A DNA stretch of 64,000 nt from an uncultured Hyphomicrobiales bacterium (lineage in GTDB: Bacteria; Bacteroidota; Ignavibacteria; Kapaibacteriales; Kapaibacteriaceae), in contig CAZUGQ010000011.1 of the NCBI GenBank assembly GCA_964620125.1, positions 14,307 through 78,306 of the forward strand, written 5' to 3'. The position numbers and the translations under genes were made by a program. Each line of letters starts with the position of its first letter. Position 1 is the first letter of the stretch. Under the pieces are notes generated by a model. The model worked only from the letters and a program-made list of their open reading frames with translations. It searched no databases and was not told the DNA's origin. Positions 49,617-58,495 of the stretch are shown piece after piece.

Positions 49617-50156
49617 ATGCACTCCTTTGTCACCGCTTCTATCTTGATCCTAGCCATGATGTTCCCCACGCCAACACTACACAACTTTTCACTTGCCGAC
49701 GTAGACGGTAAAACCACAAACCTGTCGGATTTCGAAGGAAAGGTGGCACTGGTTGTGAATGTAGCCTCCATGTGTGGTTACACCTACCACTATGAATATC
49801 TGGAGCAGTTGTACCAGAAATACAAAGCAAAGGGCTTCACTGTTCTTGCATTTCCTGCGAACGACTTTGGTGAACAGGAACCCGGTACGAATCAGGAGAT
49901 CAAGCAGTTTTGCACGGCAACCTATGGGGTGAGCTTTCCGCTGTTCAGCAAGATTTCCGTTAAAGGGGCCAACAAACATCCGCTGTACGCATGGCTAACC
50001 AGTGGTGACGGTAAGAAAGAATTTGCTGGAGAGATACCCTGGAATTTTGAGAAGTTTCTTATTGACCGTAACGGGCATATCATCGCCCGCTTTAATTATC
50101 GAACCCGACCTGACGACCCGGCAGTTGTTGAAGCCATCGAAAAGGCACTTCGGTAG
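49617..50156 (+). CDS. Glutathione peroxidase family protein (Cys type)
   Basis: VNVASMCGYT, FPANDFGEQEPG, HPLY.WL, WNFEKFLI; hydrophobic N-terminus. Confidence 0.93.
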   Translation: MHSFVTASILILAMMFPTPTLHNFSLADVDGKTTNLSDFEGKVALVVNVASMCGYTYHYEYLEQLYQKYKAKGFTVLAFPANDFGEQEPGTNQEIKQFCTATYGVSFPLFSKISVKGANKHPLYAWLTSGDGKKEFAGEIPWNFEKFLIDRNGHIIARFNYRTRPDDPAVVEAIEKALR

Positions 50157-50437
50157 GATGACACCGAGTCGACAACGCAAACGTTCGGTAAACCGTTACG
50201 TGATGCAGGGTGCGAATTGATGGATGCGTAACCCTTGTTCTGCCAACCATAGTGGGGCGAGAAGGCGGTGCGTGCGATGGCACTCGCCTATCACCAACGT
50301 CGCATACGGGTGTACTGCGAAGGGTGGCGTAGATTGAATGCAGAACGTGGCTCATTTCAACGTGCCGCTTTCTTCTGTTTGTTGAGTAATCTCGCAAACA
50401 AGCACGCCACTGCCAACGATACCAGCCCTTGCAACGC

Positions 50438-51058
50438 ATGACATCGCTCAACTCTCTTCTGCACCTACCTGTACCATTGGTACTCGCCTCGCAGTCTCCT
50501 CGCAGACAACGTCTCCTACGCGATTTGGGATTTGTGTTCGATGTGGTTGTCCCGGAAGTTGATGAAGACGCCGTAGTGCCACAAGCACCCTTCCACACCT
50601 ATGTAACCACATTGGCCATGTTGAAGGCTCGGAGAGGGGCGGAATTGATGCCTGGAGAAAAGATTGTGATCGGCTCCGATACCACTGTTGTCTTTGGGCA
50701 AACCGTTCTGAACAAGCCGACTGACGCGGTCCATGCACAACAGATGCTTCGTGAGCTTAGTGGTAAGACGCATGTTGTACACACTGGATTAGCACTATCT
50801 GCTTACATCAATGGTGTTGCGTACGAAACAACACAAGCTCGCGCTACCGAAGTAACGTTTCGCGAGCTCGAAGACGATGAAATCGAAGCCTATGTGCGCG
50901 GTGGTTCCCCGCTTGACAAGGCCGGAGCATACGGAATACAGGATGACTTCGGCGCTGTGTTCGTGAGCAAGGTGAACGGTTGCTATTATACTGTGGTGGG
51001 ACTGCCCTTGGAGCTGCTGTATACCTCGCTTCGAGATCTGGTTCGATCGTTGCAATGA
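50438..51058 (+). CDS. maf: Maf family nucleoside triphosphate pyrophosphatase
   Basis: LASQSPRR, GSDTTV, KP.D, LSGKTH.V.TG, DKAGAYGIQ, VVGLP. Confidence 0.93.
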   Translation: MTSLNSLLHLPVPLVLASQSPRRQRLLRDLGFVFDVVVPEVDEDAVVPQAPFHTYVTTLAMLKARRGAELMPGEKIVIGSDTTVVFGQTVLNKPTDAVHAQQMLRELSGKTHVVHTGLALSAYINGVAYETTQARATEVTFRELEDDEIEAYVRGGSPLDKAGAYGIQDDFGAVFVSKVNGCYYTVVGLPLELLYTSLRDLVRSLQ

Positions 51059-51921
51059 CGTCGCGTTCCCTCCATCACACTGTACTTCTCATACCATGGG
51101 TGATAACTCTGGTGGTGTTCTGGGTGTATCCACTTGGCTACGCCTTTGTATTGAGCTTGATGGACTATCAGACACTTACGAACACCATGAGTTGGGCGGG
51201 ACTTTCCAATTATCATCGAGTGCTGAACAGTGAAGCATTCTGGCAAGCGCTGCAGAACACGTTAGTGTTTACTGTAGGTACAGTACCTATTACAACGGCG
51301 TTAGCTCTCCTATTGGCAAGTGCTGTGCGTTCGCGTACAGCACGATTTGCTGATCTGCTGCGCGCCAGCTTCTTTCTGCCTTCGGTTACGTCGCTCGTTG
51401 TGATCTCGCTCATCTTCACCAACCTGTACGCTCGTGACGGCTACGTAAATGCCTTACTTGCCCTTGCCAATCTTCCCTTTCCTGAACACGGATGGTTGCT
51501 AACGCAGCAAACAGCCCTGCCAGCCATTATGGCAATGGACGTTTGGATGAGTGTTGGTTACTATATGGTTCTGTTCCTTGCGGCAATGGAGGCCGTTCCG
51601 CGCGACCTGTATGAGTACGCAACCCTAAGTGGCGCTTCGGCTTGGCAACAGTTCTGGAAGATTACATTGCCGATGATCAGACCAACGTTGGTGTTCGTAC
51701 TCGTTATCAACACCATCAAGAGCTTCCAGATTTTTGTTGAAGTGTATGTGATGACCAAGGGTGGACCTCTTGGTGCGACAACTACTCTTGTCTACAGTGT
51801 GTATCAGCATGCTTTTGAACAAAGTGACACCATGGGACTTGCTTCTGCATTGGCTTGGATTGTGTTCCTGATCATTCTTGGCTTTTCTCTCCTGCAACTC
51901 CGTCTATTGCGTGCTCGATGA
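51055..51921 (+). CDS. Carbohydrate ABC transporter permease (CUT1 family)
   Basis: GLSNY, FFLPSV, EAA-like loop VPRDLYEYA..SGAS.WQ.F..ITLP, MTKGGP. Confidence 0.9.
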   Translation: MTSRSLHHTVLLIPWVITLVVFWVYPLGYAFVLSLMDYQTLTNTMSWAGLSNYHRVLNSEAFWQALQNTLVFTVGTVPITTALALLLASAVRSRTARFADLLRASFFLPSVTSLVVISLIFTNLYARDGYVNALLALANLPFPEHGWLLTQQTALPAIMAMDVWMSVGYYMVLFLAAMEAVPRDLYEYATLSGASAWQQFWKITLPMIRPTLVFVLVINTIKSFQIFVEVYVMTKGGPLGATTTLVYSVYQHAFEQSDTMGLASALAWIVFLIILGFSLLQLRLLRAR

Positions 51922-52565
51922 ATCCCATTCTCCTGCTTATGGTCTTACTGGGTTACGCGCTGGGGCTGCTTAATGCAGCGTGGCTCGTGCATCGCATTGC
52001 CACCGGATTGGATTTATCTGGCATGGGTAGCGGCAACCTGGGTGCTCGAAACCTCTATGATGTAACTGGTAAGATTGCGCCGGCTGTGTTGGCCGGAATG
52101 TTGGACGTGGCAAAAGGTTCAGCCGCAGTTCTCCTTGCTCACGCTCTTCATCCGCACTGGTATGAAGCCTTGGTGTGCGCGGGCATAGGTGTAATTCTTG
52201 GTCACAATTACAACATACTTCTCAAGTGGAAGGGAGGCAGGGGGCTAGCCACTGCGCTGGGAGTGGGTGTGGTGTGTTTTCCAGCCTTCGTTGTAACGTG
52301 GGGAACGATGTATCTGGTTGGGTACTTCATCATTCGGCGCAACATTCACGTGGCATGCATGACTGCGATCATTGCCACGTTCTTCATTGCCTTCAGTGTA
52401 CCTCAGCTTGTTATTGAACGCATTACCGTGTTCGCCGTGCACGATACCACCCTGGTTCGACTGTTTGTGGCCGGCATGTGTGTGCTGCTATTTCTTCGGC
52501 ATATCGAACCCATCAGAGAGCTACTACGGCAGAACGCTGACGCTGACGATGAGGATGACGACTAG
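51918..52565 (+). CDS. plsY: Glycerol-3-phosphate acyltransferase
   Basis: GSGNLGARN, LDVAKG, GHNY....KWKGGRGLATALG, RH..PI. Confidence 0.9.
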   Translation: MNPILLLMVLLGYALGLLNAAWLVHRIATGLDLSGMGSGNLGARNLYDVTGKIAPAVLAGMLDVAKGSAAVLLAHALHPHWYEALVCAGIGVILGHNYNILLKWKGGRGLATALGVGVVCFPAFVVTWGTMYLVGYFIIRRNIHVACMTAIIATFFIAFSVPQLVIERITVFAVHDTTLVRLFVAGMCVLLFLRHIEPIRELLRQNADADDEDDD

Positions 52566-53881
52566 TGAGTGAGCTCATGCAGTGCTGTTAGGCATGCTGT
52601 AGCATTTTCAAGTGGAGCAACAACAAACAGGCTATGCGGACTCACGCCATGCAGTGTAGCTAGTGGAGCGTGCTGCTTGAGTGCCAGTGTGATCTTGTGA
52701 AGAGTTGACATCTCCTGAACTGCAGAGCCGATAAGCACTATCACACCAACGTTCTGTAGCTCGAGGTTCAACTCGACGGTAGCAACCCGAACGTCGGTAC
52801 CAATTTCTCTCGTGGGAGTAAACAACACCGCCATCGCATGTTCTACCGACGATGCACTAAGCAGTAGCTGTTGCATCATCGCATCATGCGCGAGCACGTT
52901 TCGAACATCAGCTCTTGGCCCTGAGAGCATGATGCATGGACGCATGAGGGAGACGGCGTGGACGTCGGCATGGTTCGTGCTGTGAGTACGAATTGTGGTG
53001 CCCACGTCACTTGGTGCGAATGTGTTACGGATCACCACTGGGATGTTGGCTTCAACGGCAGGGATGATGGTGTCGGGATGGATCACCTTTGCCCCGTACA
53101 ATGCCAGTTCTCGAACCTCACCAAACGTGAGCTCGGGAATGGGTCGAGCACTGGCAATCAACCGCGGGTCAGCCGAGTACACGCCGCTTACATCCGTCCA
53201 GATTTCAATGCGTTCCGCCTGTATTGCCGCTCCGATGATTGCTGCCGAAGCATCCGAACCACCGCGGCCTAGAGTGGTTGTGTTGCCCAGTGCATCGCTA
53301 CCGGCAAATCCCTGCGTTACCACAACGGTTTTCGAGGCAAGTCGTGGCAAGAGTTCTGCTCTGCAGAGCTGGGAAGTAACTGCCATATCAACAGTGGCAC
53401 GCTGAAAGGTGCTGTCGGTTCGGATCAGCTCTGTTGCCATGACTTCGGCCACGGTTACCCCAACTGCTCTGAGCGCGTGAACGAAGATGCTTGTGCTTAA
53501 CCGTTCACCGATGGCGGCAACGGCGTCGAGAGATTGTGGAGTGCATTCCTCGAGTACCTGCATGGCCGTACACAGTCGGCGCAGTACTTGCATCGTGGCA
53601 TCAAGTTGCTGGTTGGCAGCCCTTGCATGATGTTCATCTGTTATGAGTTCAGTGATCACCAACCGGTGTCGTGTGTGCAGAGCATCACACCGATCAGCGA
53701 TGTTGGTAGAAGGCAGTACGCAGGCCTGTGCCAATGCAAGCAGTTCATTCGTAGTCCCGGCAGTGGCACTAAGTACCACAACAACGCTGCTTTGAGCCGC
53801 TTGGGCAGATACAATCTCAGCTACTCGTTTCAAGGCGGATGCATCCTGCACGGATGTTCCGCCGAACTTCATAACAACCAT
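52562..53881 (-). CDS. lysC: Aspartate kinase
   Basis: VMKFGGTSV, VVLSA, GERLS, TQGF, TTLGRGGSD, IWTDV.GVY.ADP, GAKVIHP. Confidence 0.92.
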   Translation of the reverse strand: MVVMKFGGTSVQDASALKRVAEIVSAQAAQSSVVVVLSATAGTTNELLALAQACVLPSTNIADRCDALHTRHRLVITELITDEHHARAANQQLDATMQVLRRLCTAMQVLEECTPQSLDAVAAIGERLSTSIFVHALRAVGVTVAEVMATELIRTDSTFQRATVDMAVTSQLCRAELLPRLASKTVVVTQGFAGSDALGNTTTLGRGGSDASAAIIGAAIQAERIEIWTDVSGVYSADPRLIASARPIPELTFGEVRELALYGAKVIHPDTIIPAVEANIPVVIRNTFAPSDVGTTIRTHSTNHADVHAVSLMRPCIMLSGPRADVRNVLAHDAMMQQLLLSASSVEHAMAVLFTPTREIGTDVRVATVELNLELQNVGVIVLIGSAVQEMSTLHKITLALKQHAPLATLHGVSPHSLFVVAPLENATACLTALHELTH

Positions 53882-53883
53882 GG

Positions 53884-54483
53884 CTACCGGACGTTAAAGA
53901 TGGCAGCCAAATGTTCGGCACTTGGTACATGAACCAGGATGTGGTCGTCGACCAATTGCCGCACGGCAAGTTTCATCGTTAAAACTGGAAGCTTATATCG
54001 GTAAGCAAGGTGCCAGATATCAACGGGACCGGTACTTGCTTCTAGGGCAAGGAGTTGTGCAGCCGAGAGCGGCTGTCCACCGGCAAATCGGTCGCGCACT
54101 GCCGCCAGATATACGGCACTCTCCTTATCAACAAGCATGTCGGGCGCGAAGTAGTAGTTGTCTACGGATTTGAGGTCTCGTATGTCGAACGTACCCCGGC
54201 GCGAACCCGTGAATGCTGGCAAGTAGGCAAAACTTACCAGGTAGGGGGCTCTGGTATCGCCGGCCCACAAATCGTTCCACACCTCGGCATCTTCACTACG
54301 CAGCCAATCGAAGAATGCGATTTCATACGAAGGAAGCCTGAGTAACTCGTGAGTGCCGTATCGGTTTTGTAATAACTCAACGTGGTATTGCGATAGCGAC
54401 TGCAGAACATCATCATCCAACACAATGTGCCCATGTTCTGCAAGCGATGACTCGCAATGTGCTATGAGTTCTTCTGTGGTCAT
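53884..54483 (-). CDS. Hypothetical protein (possible C-terminal winged helix)
   Basis: ATGA-coupled to the YfhO gene; EIAFFDWL...D..VW.DLW and DIWH.AY segments. Confidence 0.65.
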   Translation of the reverse strand: MTTEELIAHCESSLAEHGHIVLDDDVLQSLSQYHVELLQNRYGTHELLRLPSYEIAFFDWLRSEDAEVWNDLWAGDTRAPYLVSFAYLPAFTGSRRGTFDIRDLKSVDNYYFAPDMLVDKESAVYLAAVRDRFAGGQPLSAAQLLALEASTGPVDIWHLAYRYKLPVLTMKLAVRQLVDDHILVHVPSAEHLAAIFNVR

Positions 54484-56969
54484 GCTGTCTGCTGCGTACG
54501 ATTCCTTCCGCGCCACAACATTGCAAAGGCACCAAACCCGATGAGAATGATGATGGCATTCGATGCTATGCTCACAGTTTTTCCTGTTTGGAAGGCTGGG
54601 CTGATGAATCGGAACGATACGGTGTGTTCTCCTGCAGGAACAACCACACCACGCAGCAGGAAGTTGGTGCGATGAATGGGTACTTCCTTGCCATCAACGA
54701 AACAATGCCATTCCTTGTAAAACACCTCGCTAACCACAAGCAGTCGCTGCACGTCTGTTGAACATGCGAATGTGAGGTGCTGATTGCCTTTGTGTGTAAC
54801 ACGCACGGAGGTGCCGATTGCTCCTGATGCGGGAGGCACTCCGAGGTCTTTCATGGTAAAAGCTGTAGCCCGAGCATCGAAGTCGCCATCGCGAAGGTGA
54901 TTCAACGTTGTGCGGGCATTGCTCTCGACTCGAACGGTATCAACAAACCACGCACGTGGCAGCACGCTGGGATTGCTGTATACGTAGGTGCCGGTGCTTG
55001 AACGGAATGCGGGTTCGCCGTTGAATACGGGCTGATTTGCAACGATGTACTTAACGTTGAGCAGGTTCCAGAGGAAGGGATTCACGATCACACTATTGCC
55101 CGGGACAGGTTCACTACCCGGACCACGGGCTGCAACGTCCAACATGTCCTGGTACACTCGAATCTTGGCAGACGAATAGCCGTGAACGTTCTCAACGAAA
55201 TGGTATGCCCACCAGTTGGCTGGATTATTCGTGAGGTCGGCAATGCGGAACACCCCTTTGTCTGACTTGATGAAGTCTACCACTTCCGTACGTCGAAACA
55301 CTCGTTGCTCGGGCGAGCCCTCGGATGGTTCGTATGGTCTCGAGGCAACGCGCCATAGATCGATCACGGTAATTCCGATTGCGGCATACATGGCAACATT
55401 CGGTTTGATGGAGCCGCGTACGGTAAGGAGAATCAAGCCCCCAAAGCACAATGCAAGAAAGCCCGTGCCAAGCCAGTCTCCCTTCATTTCATCAAACACA
55501 AGTTGCGTGTAGCCACTGCTGATCTGCTTTGGGTCTGTGAGCTTGTCGTCTGCATCCTTGTCGACCAGCGTTTGTGCTACCGTGGCTTGATAGTCTTCCT
55601 CGGCAATGTTGGTGTACACGAAACCGATAACGAGAAAGGCTGCCGCTACACCGGCAATACCCAAAGCAAGTTTTTGCCTCTGCTTGTCTCCAGCCCACGA
55701 GAGAACTGTCGTAAGGCCGTACCCCGCAAGAACAGGCATGGCAAACTGCATCAGGTGCAGAGCCATGGAAGGTGCTCGGAATTTGTTGAAGGCTGGCACG
55801 TAGTTAAAGAACACGTCGTACAGTACGCTGAAGTTCTTGCCGAACGATAGCAATAGCGAGAAGACCGATAGAACGATGAGGAAAATCACGAAGGGATCGC
55901 GCCGATTGAACCATGCTCCCAACACACCAAGTAGTAGCACACCAATGCCCATGTAGTTGGCAGCATCGGTAAACGGCATCTGTCCCCAGTAGAGAGTCTG
56001 AACAGATTCCTTTCCTCCACGGCCACTCTCCACCTTGAGCTTGCCGAATCCATAGTAATTGGGAACGAAGAAGGTGATCACTTCTTCTGGTGAGAAACTC
56101 CAGTTGGTGGCATACTCATAGTCGTTCCCACCATCCTCTTGCTGGGTGCCCTTTGCCTGCACCAGTGGGGCAGAGCCACGAGTGCTGCTTGGAGTATACT
56201 CTCGGGATGCCAGAAACATGTCGGCATGGGTTGCCAATGCCAAAATTGTAGCCACTCCCAATGCCGCACCAGCTTTCAGGACATCGAGGGCTCCTTCCTT
56301 GCGGATGATCCTTGTTATCAATTCAGTAACCAAATACAATGCGGCAGCACAGCCTATGTAGAACATCATCTGTGGGTGTGTTGCCGTGACGAGTGTTACC
56401 ATTGCCAACGTAAGCACAAAGAACATCTGCAGAGATAAGCGTTCGCGCAAGCGCTCCAGTGCAAACAGGATCCAGGGCAAGGTGGCGAATGACACAGGCT
56501 TGGTACTATGCCCGATCATGATCCAAACAAGTACCCACGTGGAGAATACTGCCGACAGGGCAGTAAAGAGGGCCACACCTTGTGACGTGTTCTTCGATCG
56601 CATGAGCGTATACACGCCAAAACCGTAGATGGCATACCACAGAACCAGTCTCCACGTGTCGTTGCCGGTACCTTCACCAATGATTTTTGGAATGAACAGA
56701 ACAGCATTCCCTACCACATCCCATGAGCGTTCCCCTGCGGCCAGAAAGGAAGCGAGTGATGGCATTCCACTGAAGATGTAGGGCACCCATAACGGAAACT
56801 CGCCCGTCTCCTTAGCAGCATTCAGGTAGGGGATAAACGAGTAGAAGGCCACATTGTCGCCCTCGGCCAGAAAATTCTTACCTGTAAACAGCGCATCGCC
56901 AAAGAACACCAGCAATGCAGCCAGGATGAGTCCTGCCGAAACAAGCCACTCTCTTGTTGATTGGGTCAT
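54480..56969 (-). CDS. YfhO family membrane protein (GT-C-like glycosyltransferase)
   Basis: W.PY.FSGMP, H.QM..Y, WS..PEE, YWG..PFT....Y.G, NKFRAP, GYS.AK, LPRAWFV, N..LRG..VP.G.H; TACCTTTG element at 56995-57002. Confidence 0.87.
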   Translation of the reverse strand: MTQSTREWLVSAGLILAALLVFFGDALFTGKNFLAEGDNVAFYSFIPYLNAAKETGEFPLWVPYIFSGMPSLASFLAAGERSWDVVGNAVLFIPKIIGEGTGNDTWRLVLWYAIYGFGVYTLMRSKNTSQGVALFTALSAVFSTWVLVWIMIGHSTKPVSFATLPWILFALERLRERLSLQMFFVLTLAMVTLVTATHPQMMFYIGCAAALYLVTELITRIIRKEGALDVLKAGAALGVATILALATHADMFLASREYTPSSTRGSAPLVQAKGTQQEDGGNDYEYATNWSFSPEEVITFFVPNYYGFGKLKVESGRGGKESVQTLYWGQMPFTDAANYMGIGVLLLGVLGAWFNRRDPFVIFLIVLSVFSLLLSFGKNFSVLYDVFFNYVPAFNKFRAPSMALHLMQFAMPVLAGYGLTTVLSWAGDKQRQKLALGIAGVAAAFLVIGFVYTNIAEEDYQATVAQTLVDKDADDKLTDPKQISSGYTQLVFDEMKGDWLGTGFLALCFGGLILLTVRGSIKPNVAMYAAIGITVIDLWRVASRPYEPSEGSPEQRVFRRTEVVDFIKSDKGVFRIADLTNNPANWWAYHFVENVHGYSSAKIRVYQDMLDVAARGPGSEPVPGNSVIVNPFLWNLLNVKYIVANQPVFNGEPAFRSSTGTYVYSNPSVLPRAWFVDTVRVESNARTTLNHLRDGDFDARATAFTMKDLGVPPASGAIGTSVRVTHKGNQHLTFACSTDVQRLLVVSEVFYKEWHCFVDGKEVPIHRTNFLLRGVVVPAGEHTVSFRFISPAFQTGKTVSIASNAIIILIGFGAFAMLWRGRNRTQQTA

Positions 56970-57104
56970 GATGCAATCCTGTGTGAAGGAACCGCAAAGG
57001 TACGACGCCTCCGTGCCCAAGCCCCCTGGCATGCTCTACTTCCATGAGCGGTAACTCGAACGCCGTTTGTAAGTTATTGTCAGCAAACCAGTAGGAGAAG
57101 GCGC

Positions 57105-58487
57105 ATGGATCTTTCGCTTCGCACCATTCCGCTATCACAAAGCGATGCATTTCACCTGTTACGCCGGTGCACCTATCATCCAACCTGGGCACAAATGTCC
57201 AGTCTTGCTGGTAAAACCCCGGCCGAAGCCATAGACCTGCTGATGAGCCTGAATCCAGCCATCCCCCCCCCGGAGTGGGCTGATGACCCACCGTCAGGCA
57301 ATTTCCAGGATGCACAGCGGTTGTGGCCAGAACTGCAAAGCTGGTGGATCTCGCACTGCCTGCAGCATACGTCTTTTCGTGAGCGTTTGGTGGCCATGTG
57401 GCATAACCACTTTACCAGCGACTACATCACCGTGTACTGGGCTCAGTGGATGGTGGCGCAAAGCAACTTTTTGCGTCAGAACTGTTACAACTTCAAGGCT
57501 CTAGGCGAAGGAATCGTTGGCGATCCTGCCATGCTCATCTATCTGAATGGTAACCAGAGCGTGAAAGGTAACCCAAATGAAAACTTTGGAAGAGAGTGGT
57601 TCGAACTCTTCTCGCTTGGTATCGGCAACTATACCGAGTTCGATATCGTGGAGGCTTCACGCGCCTTTACAGGGTGGCGGGTAAGTGGTTTAAACGCAAC
57701 CTACACACGTCAGCTAGCCGACCTTGGACAGAAGACCATCCTTGGACAGACGGGGAACTGGGAGTACAAGGACGTGATTCGCATCACCCTTGAGCAGCCC
57801 GCATGCGCCCGATTCATTGCTGCAAAGCTTCTCCGAACGTTCGTTGAGTACTACCCGTCGGAGGAGTCGGTGAACAGCGTGGCAGACCTCATTGTTGCCA
57901 ATCAGTATAACCTTAAGCCTGTGCTGCGAACTATCCTGTGCAGTGAAGGCTTTTACAACGAAGCAATCCGGGGAGCGCTGATCAAGGATCCAATGTCCGT
58001 TACGATTGGCCTAGCAAGTACGGTTGGTCTGCCTACCGTAGCTGCCAGTATCATCATTGCCGCCATGACAGGACTGACCATGATTCCGTTCTACCCACCA
58101 ACAGTTCAAGGGTGGGTGGGACACCACAACTGGATCACCAGTAGCACCTTCCCACTTCGCCAGCGATTTGCGGAAGCATTCCTTGAAGGACGCCAAACGG
58201 CATCGTCGAATCCGTTGGTTGATTCTGCAGGCAACGTTATCAAGCCCGATCTCGTTGCATTGGTTCGACAGTTTCCGGACCATGACAAAGCCGAGGAGGT
58301 TGTTGCGAACATGACGAAGCTTCTGCTACCAGTTGCTACGAACAAGGAGCAGAAGGCCATCCTCCTAGAGATCATGATGGCCGGTGCACCTTCGTATGAG
58401 TGGAACATCGAAAGTCCGACGGCTGCAAGCCGCATTAAGCTTCTCATGCAGGCCATTGTGCGCATGCCAGAATTTCAACTCACGTAG
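57105..58487 (+). CDS. DUF1800 domain-containing protein
   Basis: HLLRR, ER....WHNHF, DPAML.YL, NENF.RE..ELF.LG, Y.E.DI....RAFTGW, PP.V.GW. Confidence 0.92.
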   Translation: MDLSLRTIPLSQSDAFHLLRRCTYHPTWAQMSSLAGKTPAEAIDLLMSLNPAIPPPEWADDPPSGNFQDAQRLWPELQSWWISHCLQHTSFRERLVAMWHNHFTSDYITVYWAQWMVAQSNFLRQNCYNFKALGEGIVGDPAMLIYLNGNQSVKGNPNENFGREWFELFSLGIGNYTEFDIVEASRAFTGWRVSGLNATYTRQLADLGQKTILGQTGNWEYKDVIRITLEQPACARFIAAKLLRTFVEYYPSEESVNSVADLIVANQYNLKPVLRTILCSEGFYNEAIRGALIKDPMSVTIGLASTVGLPTVAASIIIAAMTGLTMIPFYPPTVQGWVGHHNWITSSTFPLRQRFAEAFLEGRQTASSNPLVDSAGNVIKPDLVALVRQFPDHDKAEEVVANMTKLLLPVATNKEQKAILLEIMMAGAPSYEWNIESPTAASRIKLLMQAIVRMPEFQLT

Positions 58488-58495
58488 GAAACGCC

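Noticed and set aside
49617-50156. Selenocysteine-containing glutathione peroxidase
   Set aside because: The active-site codon is TGT (Cys) and there is no in-frame TGA
50092-50598. 168-aa minus-strand ORF spanning the gpx-maf gap
   Set aside because: It overlaps both flanking genes in antisense and has no recognisable motifs
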